A stretch of 59,231 nucleotides of DNA from a virus. Lineage: Duplodnaviria; Caudoviricetes. The DNA lies in IMG/VR virus record IMGVR_UViG_3300040781_000275, positions 1-59,231 of that record. The stretch is one strand, 5' to 3'. The notes under the pieces are model-generated. The model searched no databases and had not been told where the DNA came from. It saw nothing but the letters and a program-made list of their open reading frames with translations. Shown piece by piece: positions 47,001-55,767 of the stretch; the first letter of the stretch is position 1, and each line of letters opens with the position of its first letter. The translations under genes and the position numbers were made by a program.

Positions 47001-49070
47001 CTATGCCGCAAACTTAGCCACACTATAATCACCTTTCTTAGTTACTGTGATGATATGTGGAACTGCGTTCTGTATTTCCTTCTTATGAGATACCATAATG
47101 ATTTGCTCATAGCCAAGTTTCTTAGTCAATAATTTTGTAATACTGTCTGTAATCGTAGAAGCTAGGTGAGAATCTAGAGCACTATCAACCTCATCTAAAA
47201 ATAACATATTTAGTTTAATCTTAGACTGTTTACGTTTAAGCATTGTAAGAGCAATTCTAACAGCGTAGGAAACAATGGTTTTACCTCCACCACTATCGCC
47301 TTCAAAGTCACTCTGCTCACCATTCTCAATAATCTTAAGAGATAGTTCTTCTTTACGGGCTTTTAATCTAACGCTTCCACATTCTTCACAGTCGGACTTT
47401 CTATAACCTTTAGGATATGTGAATCCGCAGTCACAGACTGACTCCCACTTGTTTAGTTCTTTGTCTGGACTGAATACTACTGTAGGGCCAAACTTCATTT
47501 CTTTTAATATGTAATTGATATTGTCTTCTACTTCCTGAAAAGCATTCTCAATCTCAGCACTTGGAATACCACTCTTAGAGAACATTCTCTGGATATACAT
47601 TAATCCTTCAAGCCTTTTTCGATACTTTGAACTTTTCTTTTCCAATTCATCTATTGTTTCTAAATCATTCTTTGTACTTTCAATCTTTTCATTAATCGTA
47701 CCCATTTTAGTATTTAATATCCCAATACTGTTTTCTAATTCACTTAGAGCTTCTTTAGCTTCGTAAAGCCTTTCACCAACTTCTTCAGCTACCTCATTAT
47801 TTAAAGATTTCTTATATCTTTTTATTTCTTTTAAGACCGTATCTTCATCTTTAGGCTTTTGAATGTTTTTTAATTGCTCTTTAACAACCTGAATCTCGCT
47901 TTGAACTTCATTAAGGTCTCTTTGTGACTCGTCGTGTTCTTCTAAAATATCAATATCTGCTCTCAGATGTTTAATAGCCTTACTAATCTTTTGGTATTCT
48001 TCTTCTTTGTCATCCAGCATTTTATCCGTGCAAGCTATTCTGTCACACGACTCGTTCAGTATAGGGCACAACGCCCCGCCTTTATGGCTTTTTAGTTTCT
48101 TAATTGTGTCACTAACTAATTGCAGTTCAACTTTTCTTTTTGAAATCTTTTCAATTAACTTAGCGTGAGTTAGCTCCGGTAGTTTTTTAGATAGGGCTTT
48201 AATCTCGGCTTTCGTTTCTGCCATTATTTCTTCAAATTCAATTATTTTTTCTTTCTTCTTTTTAATTCGCTTCTTCTGTTCTGTAATCTCTCCCAGCTCT
48301 ACAGTTAGTTCATTTATTTTATTCTTAGCCCCTTTTCTATCTTCAGAAAGTTTATCTTCTTCTTTTTGAATATCGGCTAATATACCTTTTTGTTTTATTA
48401 ATTTCTTGGTTTTTATTTTAAGAGAAGATTTAATTTCGCTCTTTTCAGTTTCTAAATTTTCAACCATCATTAGGTCGCCTTTTAAGGCTCTAACTAAGGT
48501 GTCGTTTGACTTAATTTTATCTTTGATGAGTTTTACATCTAGTTTGACTAAACCTTCTTTGTTAGTCCAATGCACATTATCAACCCACTTCATAACGTGT
48601 TCTGATTTTCTACTAGGACTTAAATCCATAAATCCATTAATGTCCTGTTGCTGGAAAAAAGATGTTAGTTCAAAGTCTTCTTTAGTGATACCAAATAAGT
48701 CCTCAATAGCTTCCTGCGATTCTCTACTTTTATCAATCCAATCTAAGTTAAGTAAACCTTTCCCTTTATGGTCTACACCTCGCTTAACCTTATATTTCTG
48801 GCCGTTGCTATCTAAGTAGATTGCTTCAACGAACATTGCCTTTTCTCCCTTGTGAATCATTTGGGAGGCTTTAGGGTATCGTTGCTTGCCTATTAGGTTA
48901 TATTTAATAGCTTCGATTATAAGGCTCTTACCCGCCCGATTAGAGCGTTCTTTAGCCCCTTCGTATTGACCTAAGATTCCAACAATATCTCTACCTTCAA
49001 AATCTAGTTCCGTGTCTTTATAGACTCCGAAATTGTGTAGGGTAAGTTTACTTAACTTGATTGTTTCCAT
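47001..49070 (-). CDS. sbcC: Rad50/SbcC (gp46-like) ATPase
   Basis: LTLHNFG, Walker A SNRAGKS, Q-loop FFQQ, coiled coil with a CPI...C hook, SGG signature, LFLDEVDSALD, MVSH. Confidence 0.92.
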   Translation of the reverse strand: METIKLSKLTLHNFGVYKDTELDFEGRDIVGILGQYEGAKERSNRAGKSLIIEAIKYNLIGKQRYPKASQMIHKGEKAMFVEAIYLDSNGQKYKVKRGVDHKGKGLLNLDWIDKSRESQEAIEDLFGITKEDFELTSFFQQQDINGFMDLSPSRKSEHVMKWVDNVHWTNKEGLVKLDVKLIKDKIKSNDTLVRALKGDLMMVENLETEKSEIKSSLKIKTKKLIKQKGILADIQKEEDKLSEDRKGAKNKINELTVELGEITEQKKRIKKKKEKIIEFEEIMAETKAEIKALSKKLPELTHAKLIEKISKRKVELQLVSDTIKKLKSHKGGALCPILNESCDRIACTDKMLDDKEEEYQKISKAIKHLRADIDILEEHDESQRDLNEVQSEIQVVKEQLKNIQKPKDEDTVLKEIKRYKKSLNNEVAEEVGERLYEAKEALSELENSIGILNTKMGTINEKIESTKNDLETIDELEKKSSKYRKRLEGLMYIQRMFSKSGIPSAEIENAFQEVEDNINYILKEMKFGPTVVFSPDKELNKWESVCDCGFTYPKGYRKSDCEECGSVRLKARKEELSLKIIENGEQSDFEGDSGGGKTIVSYAVRIALTMLKRKQSKIKLNMLFLDEVDSALDSHLASTITDSITKLLTKKLGYEQIIMVSHKKEIQNAVPHIITVTKKGDYSVAKFAA

Positions 49071-49072
49071 AA

Positions 49073-49627
49073 TTATTTCTCTAAGATTTCTCTTTCTGCA
49101 TTTGTATCTCTGTTGATTGCTTTAGCCGCTTCAAACTTGTCACCGAACCTACTTTTAAGTTTATCGATGTTTTTCTGTCTAACCTGTTCGATTGTTGACC
49201 CCTGACTAACAATACAAGCGTTAACTAGGTTATGGAGAATCGTTACTGAGGTTACAATCTGGTTAGCATCAATAGGTTTCCCATAAAAACATCTTTTCTT
49301 ATAGATATCCAAAATCTTAGAGGCCTCAATTTTCATTGATATAACAATGTCTTTAAGATTGAAGTCTGTAATTTCTGTTGGTGTGATAGCATCAAAGTCC
49401 AGCCCGAATAGCCTGCTAAATATTGAGTTATACCAAAGCAAGTCACCCATCTCTTCTAAGAAGTTTATAGGGTCAAATGTAAATCCGGCTACAGCTTCAA
49501 ATATCTCTCCTATCTCTGTTTCAATACCAATTGCACCATGCAATCCAATATAGTGAGAAGGTTCAGTTAGATGCCACTCTTCAGATAAGGTTACTGCTGC
49601 ATTTTGTTTGTACTCTAAATCATTCAT
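49073..49627 (-). CDS. MazG-like nucleotide pyrophosphohydrolase
   Basis: GIETEIGEIFE, EEMGDLLWY and KNIDKLKSRF. Confidence 0.85.
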   Translation of the reverse strand: MNDLEYKQNAAVTLSEEWHLTEPSHYIGLHGAIGIETEIGEIFEAVAGFTFDPINFLEEMGDLLWYNSIFSRLFGLDFDAITPTEITDFNLKDIVISMKIEASKILDIYKKRCFYGKPIDANQIVTSVTILHNLVNACIVSQGSTIEQVRQKNIDKLKSRFGDKFEAAKAINRDTNAEREILEK

Positions 49628-49628
49628 A

Positions 49629-50849
49629 CTATTCTCCTAAGTATTTGAGGCTAAGGGCATATAGCTTCCTAGCCTTTTTGGGGTTTTTCTTAAAGTTTTT
49701 TGTAAGCCACGTTTGAACAGCTTTCTTTGGTGTTAAATTTATTTTTTGGTCAGCGGAGCGAACTTGTCTTTTAACAATTATTCTCGGAACAATGTTTTTA
49801 ACAAAACAGTTATAATCTTTAGCAATCTTTTCTCTAATCAAAGACCATTGATAGTTATTACATTCGGGGTCAATAGCAATGTCTAATTTAACTACAGGTT
49901 TTCTTTCAGTGTCTAAAGTTTCTAAGAATTTAACCACTTCAGGTATCTCAAAGAACTCTCCTGTCTGACCAACCATGTTCAATTCTAATTGATAGAAAGG
50001 CCTGTATTTAGTCTCATGTAGAAATAATTCATTAGGTTGACCTATTTCTCCCGGTATATTGATTTCTGCAAAATACTTAGGCTCAATCTTTTCTCCAAAA
50101 CTACAGAAGATAGGGCTTCCAATAATGTAAAGATTTTCTCCCACCATTTGATTAGTGTGGATATGCCCTTGAACAACCATTGTCTTTGAATAACCAATAG
50201 GCGGGTCTAGTAAAATCTGTGGAACAAAAACATCGCTTCTTTTCAGTAGGTTCTCTTCACTGCCCGGATGAGCACCGCTAACATTTAAGTGACTAAATGC
50301 TATGTTATTCCCTGCCTGACCAATCTTTTCAACAATACGCTTAGTCTTAGCTTCGATATATTGTTGAGGTGTGAGGCTTTCCTTAAGCTTATTATCTTTA
50401 ACCTTAGCTTGGATAGTTGCTCTGGTTATGTGAGGTAGAAAGGTAAAGTACATTGGCCCTGTTTCTAAGACACCCACTTTAACCATTTTAACATCTTCAA
50501 CTAACTCAACTGAAGGATAACCGTGTTTTAATTCTTTAATGAAGGACAGGCAGCTCAGTCTTTCAGGGTCAAAGATTGCATCGTGATTACCAACCATAAT
50601 AAATGTTTTTATATTATGCTTCTTAATTAGTTTTAAAAGTCTGATAATAACTGCAACGTATTTCTCGCTAGGGTTATTTTTATCAAACAAGTCACCACCA
50701 ATAACTAAGATTACGGTATGTCCTTCTTTTTTAAGCTTAACTGCATACTTTATAACATCGGTTGTGACAGACTCAATCTCATCTGTTCTATCAATTTCAT
50801 CTGTCTTTAAACCAATATGTAAATCAGAAGTCCAAATGCACTTAATCAT
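49629..50849 (-). CDS. sbcD: Mre11/SbcD (gp47-like) nuclease
   Basis: SDLHIG, GGDLFD, VGNHD, FSH, GHIH and GSP phosphoesterase motifs. Confidence 0.92.
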   Translation of the reverse strand: MIKCIWTSDLHIGLKTDEIDRTDEIESVTTDVIKYAVKLKKEGHTVILVIGGDLFDKNNPSEKYVAVIIRLLKLIKKHNIKTFIMVGNHDAIFDPERLSCLSFIKELKHGYPSVELVEDVKMVKVGVLETGPMYFTFLPHITRATIQAKVKDNKLKESLTPQQYIEAKTKRIVEKIGQAGNNIAFSHLNVSGAHPGSEENLLKRSDVFVPQILLDPPIGYSKTMVVQGHIHTNQMVGENLYIIGSPIFCSFGEKIEPKYFAEINIPGEIGQPNELFLHETKYRPFYQLELNMVGQTGEFFEIPEVVKFLETLDTERKPVVKLDIAIDPECNNYQWSLIREKIAKDYNCFVKNIVPRIIVKRQVRSADQKINLTPKKAVQTWLTKNFKKNPKKARKLYALSLKYLGE

Positions 50850-52084
50850 GACTCAGCTTCCTGTGTGTACTCTTTGACTTCATCAATTTCTTCTTCTATG
50901 TCTAAATCAGGTTCAATTTCTTTAGTCCAGATAGGTTCTTCAACATGCGGATTCTCTTCAACTAATTTATCAAACTCATCGAGAGAATAAAATTTCTCGG
51001 TATCTTCCCCACCATTTAACTTATATCCTTTAACCGTTTTCCCATCTATTTTCTTAGTAGCACTTCTAATGCTTCCATCGGCTATTAACAGTTCATCGAA
51101 TCCAGATAGTGTATCAATTGGGCGGTTATAGTAATATTTAATAGTAACAGTTTGAAAAGGCTTTACACCTCTGTTCTTAATACAACTCCACTGAACTTTT
51201 TGCCCGATTTGTTCTTTGGTTTTCTTGTCTTTAATTTTACCAACTAACTTACCTTTAAGCCTCTGAGTAGCGTTGTATTTAATTTTGTTCTCACCGTTAG
51301 ATTCCCAAGGGTCACCAAATTGAACATCATATCGTTTGGTTAATTGATTTAGACAAACAAGTGTCGCACCCAACTGGTCAAACTTAGGTATGTAAGTTGT
51401 AGTCGCTGTATTAAATTTAGCTGCTCTTTGCATTGAGGCGTAACCCATTGGGTCTTTACCCTTTTCAAGCTTCTCTAAATCATCATCTGTTTTTAATAAC
51501 GGGTAGGAATCAATACCAATGATAATTGGTTTTGAACGGTCTTTATCGTGTTCTCTAATATTTTTACAAAAAGCGTAAGCTAGTTTAAAAAACATTTCAA
51601 CACTAACAATCGGTTCGCCTCTAAGCCCAAGTTTCCTTTGAGTCTTAGTTCTTTTTTCAGCTAACATAAAACGCTTACTTCTAATATTTAATCCCATCAT
51701 CTGCGCGTAAGACTCTTCTAAAGCCCTCTCACCGTCTAATAACAAGGCGTAACCACCCATTTCTATAGCTGAACCCATTAGTTGATATAGGTTAAATGAT
51801 TTACCCGCTTGTGAGGATGCGCCAATCTCAAAGAACTTTCCTTGAAAAACACCACCTGTAATTTTTTGAAGTGCTTTAAATTTAAAAGGAATAGCGTTTA
51901 AGTCTAGTGCTTCATCTGGTTCACTTTCATCAAACATCGTAGCACCAAAAGAACTTAGCTCACTTTCAATATCTGACAGGTCAAACTCTTTGACTGCTTT
52001 CTTTTTAGTGGCTTTTTTCTTAGTTGTCTTTTTCTTTGTTACTTTCTTTGCTTTTGCTCTTGGTTTCTTTTTTCTTTCAGCCAT
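50846..52084 (-). CDS. recA: RecA/UvsX-like recombinase with a Lys-rich N-terminal extension
   Basis: Walker A GASSQAGKS, LDGERAL, Walker B IGIDS, CLNQL, FGDP and KNR..PF. Confidence 0.88.
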   Translation of the reverse strand: MAERKKKPRAKAKKVTKKKTTKKKATKKKAVKEFDLSDIESELSSFGATMFDESEPDEALDLNAIPFKFKALQKITGGVFQGKFFEIGASSQAGKSFNLYQLMGSAIEMGGYALLLDGERALEESYAQMMGLNIRSKRFMLAEKRTKTQRKLGLRGEPIVSVEMFFKLAYAFCKNIREHDKDRSKPIIIGIDSYPLLKTDDDLEKLEKGKDPMGYASMQRAAKFNTATTTYIPKFDQLGATLVCLNQLTKRYDVQFGDPWESNGENKIKYNATQRLKGKLVGKIKDKKTKEQIGQKVQWSCIKNRGVKPFQTVTIKYYYNRPIDTLSGFDELLIADGSIRSATKKIDGKTVKGYKLNGGEDTEKFYSLDEFDKLVEENPHVEEPIWTKEIEPDLDIEEEIDEVKEYTQEAES

Positions 52085-54157
52085 TTAATTCCCCTTTGGA
52101 AGCTCTATTTTTACATTACTCGGTAATCTAATTACTCTTTCCATTTCTTTATGAATTTCAAAATCAATCTCATTGTAGATATCGTTAATTTCCATATCCC
52201 TTTGAACATTTACATTCATGTTCATTAGGTATGGGCTAGTATTGACTTTAAATTTCCCATACCTACTTAAAATATTACTTAGTATAAGTTTTGATTTAGG
52301 TCTTGTGAGTGCAACATACATAACCCGTCTTTCCTCGTCTACGTTACCTTCTTCAACTGCCTTATAAAATGGATAAGTTCTATTGCACATTCCAGCTATA
52401 ATCACTACTGGAAATTCCTTACCCTTTGAAGCGTGAATACTCATCATCTTAATGTAGTTACCGTTCTCATCTTTTTTCTTCTTCTCTTTGTTTTTAATAT
52501 CATCAACAAAGTCTAAAAAATCTTGAGGGTCTTTGAACTTGTGTACTGAACCTATTAATGATTCAAAGTTCATTTCAACGTCATCGTCTACATCTCGCAT
52601 TTTCTTTTCGTTAATTGCCCATTCCTTATACCCAAGGGATTCCAATATAAATCTAAAGATTTCACTGGTTTCCTTACCCTGATTTATATATCTTCTTAAA
52701 AGGGTTATGTCACCCATTAATTTTTCAATACTGTTAACTAATTGGCCATCAGAAATATAATCCCAAGGACTAGCAAATATCTCACTGTGGTGTATCTCTA
52801 AATCGTCAGCAATGTCGTCTACCTCGTTAAAAGTCTTATTGGTAATATATCTAACTGGTCTATTAGCAATTCGCTTATATTGCTTAATATCAGCCTTGTC
52901 AGGGTGTAATGCTATCTCTAAGTAACAAAGTAAGTCCTTAATCTCTTTTCGATTGTAGAAGCTTGTCTTACTGAATATCACATAAGGTATTTCATTTAAT
53001 AAAAACTGGTCTTCAATCTCTCTACTCTGGCTATGGATTCTATAAAGCACAGCTATATCTTTCCAATCGTGACCTTCAACATCGTGCATATGTTTCACAA
53101 GGTCTAAAATGTTTTGCCCTTCACCAGCTAGTCCGTAATTACCAATTAACCTAATTCTCTCACCTTCAGGGTTTGGTGTAATTGCTGGCTCTCCTATAAC
53201 TTCGGTACTCTTCGCAATTACCTCATTAGCGTTTTCAACTATTGTTCTGCTGCTTCGATAATTAATATTTAAGTTAATCATCTTTGGGTTATATTCATTT
53301 ATGAATTGTTTTGCATTACTAATTTTTGCGCCCTGAAATCCATAAATACTTTGCCTTAAATCACCAATGATAGATATGTTTCTATGTTGGTCACCAATTA
53401 TTTTCATAATTTTAAAAGCTATTGTATTTGTATCTTGTGCTTCATCTACTAATAAGTATTCACAGTTTCTCTGAACTTTTGAAACAAAGCTTTCAAACCT
53501 TGGATTCTCTAATAAATCAATACAGTTCAGTAACATATCCTGAAAGTCGATATAGTCTTTTTCTTCTTTCCATCTTTCATATTCTTTATAAACTAAATAA
53601 ACGCTTTCTTCCCACTTTAATTCATGTGGCTTATCCCATCTAATTGGATAACCTGTATTTGCTTCTATTCTCTGCTTTACGTCTTTTGGTCTAATTCTAT
53701 CTAATTTGAATAGTGATATTTTTGCCAGATATTCCTTAGCATCTTTGCTTGGGAAACTGTGTTTCTTTAAAAACTTATAGAGAGCAGACTGAGCTATACC
53801 TTCATTACTTAAAATTTTAGGACATTCCCACCAAGGTTCTTTACTTCTCATTCCCTGTTTCCAAAGCTTGAAAGCTAAACTATGGATAGTGCTCAATTTA
53901 ACAAAGTCAGCTTTTTCTCCGATAATCCCAGAAAGCCGTTCTTGCATTTCATTAGCTGCTTTTTTAGTAAAAGTACAAGCCCATATTCTGCCTGGCCTAA
54001 TACCAAGTTCTTCTGTTAAATAAGCAATCTTTGTTGTAAGTGTTCTAGTCTTACCTGACCCTGCGACACTTAAAATTGTTAGAGGCCCTTCATTATATAA
54101 AACTGCCTCTTTTTGTAAGTCGTTAAGACTTTCTAAATCAACTTTTGCCATTTCCAT
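52085..54157 (-). CDS. uvrD: UvrD/PcrA/Rep superfamily 1 helicase
   Basis: AGSGKT, TFTKKAA, LVDEAQD, GD.RQSIYGFQGA, NYRS, SIHASKGKEF and EERRVMYVALTR. Confidence 0.95.
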   Translation of the reverse strand: MEMAKVDLESLNDLQKEAVLYNEGPLTILSVAGSGKTRTLTTKIAYLTEELGIRPGRIWACTFTKKAANEMQERLSGIIGEKADFVKLSTIHSLAFKLWKQGMRSKEPWWECPKILSNEGIAQSALYKFLKKHSFPSKDAKEYLAKISLFKLDRIRPKDVKQRIEANTGYPIRWDKPHELKWEESVYLVYKEYERWKEEKDYIDFQDMLLNCIDLLENPRFESFVSKVQRNCEYLLVDEAQDTNTIAFKIMKIIGDQHRNISIIGDLRQSIYGFQGAKISNAKQFINEYNPKMINLNINYRSSRTIVENANEVIAKSTEVIGEPAITPNPEGERIRLIGNYGLAGEGQNILDLVKHMHDVEGHDWKDIAVLYRIHSQSREIEDQFLLNEIPYVIFSKTSFYNRKEIKDLLCYLEIALHPDKADIKQYKRIANRPVRYITNKTFNEVDDIADDLEIHHSEIFASPWDYISDGQLVNSIEKLMGDITLLRRYINQGKETSEIFRFILESLGYKEWAINEKKMRDVDDDVEMNFESLIGSVHKFKDPQDFLDFVDDIKNKEKKKKDENGNYIKMMSIHASKGKEFPVVIIAGMCNRTYPFYKAVEEGNVDEERRVMYVALTRPKSKLILSNILSRYGKFKVNTSPYLMNMNVNVQRDMEINDIYNEIDFEIHKEMERVIRLPSNVKIELPKGN

Positions 54158-54164
54158 TTCCTAT

Positions 54165-54191
54165 AAACAAAGGGGAGGAATAACCCTCCCC
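54165..54191 (-). terminator. Rho-independent terminator after the SSB gene
   Basis: Minus strand GGGGAGG-gttatt-CCTCCCC-TTTGTTT. Confidence 0.8.
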
Positions 54192-54201
54192 AAAGTCTTA
54201 T

Positions 54202-55230
54202 CTACTTCTTAGTGCCTCTTTTCTTCCCTCTAACTCCACGCTTTTTCTTTGTGTCCTTAGCTGGCTTTTTCTTCTCTTCTGAGGACTTTTTACCTTTAAC
54301 CTTTTTAGGTTTTTTAGGCGGTTCATCTTCTTCTTCGTCCTCTTCTTCGTCTTCGGATTCTTCTTCATCTTCTTCGTCTTCGATGTTTAAATCCTCTTCA
54401 TCAACCTCTAATCCTTCATCATCCTCTTCATATTCATCACCGTCTTCAGATTCTTCTTCATCGTCATCCAAATCCTCAATGTCAATTCCGATCTTTTTTC
54501 CTTTTTCTTTAAGGAATTCATAATGTTTTTCAAAGAGTTCTTCTTTGTATTGAAGTTGTAAAGATGAGAGGTCAGCCATTTTTTCTTCTATCTCTTCTAA
54601 ATCATCTTCTTCAATAGCACCGTCTTCAATAAGATTTACAGGTTCTTTAAACTTAACAACCTTGTATTTACGTTTCTTACCTTTAAGTCCATTGGTTTTA
54701 ACAAATAGTCTTCTACCTTCATCAAAGTCACAGATAGAACTTAAGTCTCCATCTTCATCAGATAGTGCGTCTTTGATTTCATCAAGAACAACGTCTGAAA
54801 CACTTTGAGGTAGTGACCAAACCATAGGGCCTGCTTCAACATTCTTTAAATCTAAGACTAAGATATTGTGACTTGTTCTAAGTAGGAACTTTTTCCAAAA
54901 ATCTTTCTTCTTTTCGTTTTTAGAATTTCCGTACTTGTCTCTAAGTTTCCAGCCTGTTTCGACAATCTTGTCTTTTTCTCCCGTGGCCTCTCCACCATTT
55001 TTAGCTGTGTAGCTCGGTGTACCACTTCTGGACATTGGACGACCATTAGCCCAATACTCATGGTTCTTAGCTGTAAAGACAGCCCCCATGTCATCCTTAA
55101 CAGGTGCTAGGATTAAAAACTCCCCCGACACTCTGTTGTCATCCCACTTGAAACGTTTCATTCCGTTGCTGGACTCTGTGGCCGCTTTAACAGCCTTCTT
55201 TGTTGCCTTACTCTTCATCTTAAATGCCAT
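54202..55230 (-). CDS. Single-stranded DNA-binding protein (gp32-like)
   Basis: D.DEGRRLFVKT.G...KRKY motif, long D/E tract, AAAGGAG SD, and position among UvsY/RecA/polymerase genes. Confidence 0.7.
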   Translation of the reverse strand: MAFKMKSKATKKAVKAATESSNGMKRFKWDDNRVSGEFLILAPVKDDMGAVFTAKNHEYWANGRPMSRSGTPSYTAKNGGEATGEKDKIVETGWKLRDKYGNSKNEKKKDFWKKFLLRTSHNILVLDLKNVEAGPMVWSLPQSVSDVVLDEIKDALSDEDGDLSSICDFDEGRRLFVKTNGLKGKKRKYKVVKFKEPVNLIEDGAIEEDDLEEIEEKMADLSSLQLQYKEELFEKHYEFLKEKGKKIGIDIEDLDDDEEESEDGDEYEEDDEGLEVDEEDLNIEDEEDEEESEDEEEDEEEDEPPKKPKKVKGKKSSEEKKKPAKDTKKKRGVRGKKRGTKK

Positions 55231-55280
55231 TTTTTCTCCTTTGTCATAAACAATAAACCCTTAATGGGCGACACTGAAAT

Positions 55281-55712
55281 TTAAGTTCTGTTATAATTAC
55301 TCTTCTTTTTTTCTTCTCTTACGTTGTGACTGATGTTTACCATCATTTCACCCTTTTCTTTTAATACTTCTTTCTTCATTTTGGCCAGCCTATAAAGTTT
55401 TACCACTTTGGAAAGCTCATCTCTTAGTTCTTGGTATTCCTCGTGAGATTTAACCATTTGCTTAATAGCTGTTTCGGTTACGTCTATCTTAGAACGCTTG
55501 TATTTGTTCCTAATAGCCGCTGATAAGGAAGCTTCTCTATCGTCTAGTTGATTGGTTAGGGCTTCTTTTTTCTCCCATATACGCTCAATTTTAAGACCTA
55601 TATCATATAGGTATTCACTATGTTCAGCCATTTCATCATTAATCTTGTTACGATTAATTCTAATAACCTCTCTGAACGTTTGCCCTGTCTTTTTCGTCTT
55701 CTTTTTAGCCAT
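55281..55712 (-). CDS. UvsY-like recombination mediator
   Basis: Coiled coil with INRNKINDEM, VTETAIKQMV...EYQEL and LKEKGEMM; adjacent to the SSB gene. Confidence 0.65.
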   Translation of the reverse strand: MAKKKTKKTGQTFREVIRINRNKINDEMAEHSEYLYDIGLKIERIWEKKEALTNQLDDREASLSAAIRNKYKRSKIDVTETAIKQMVKSHEEYQELRDELSKVVKLYRLAKMKKEVLKEKGEMMVNISHNVREEKKKSNYNRT

Positions 55713-55767
55713 TTCCCTTTCCGTAATAATGTTACCTATATTAATAAATTATTTACTGAAAACCAAT

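Noticed and set aside
54212-54523. Plus-strand poly-Ser ORF
   Set aside because: Antisense shadow of the SSB acidic tract.
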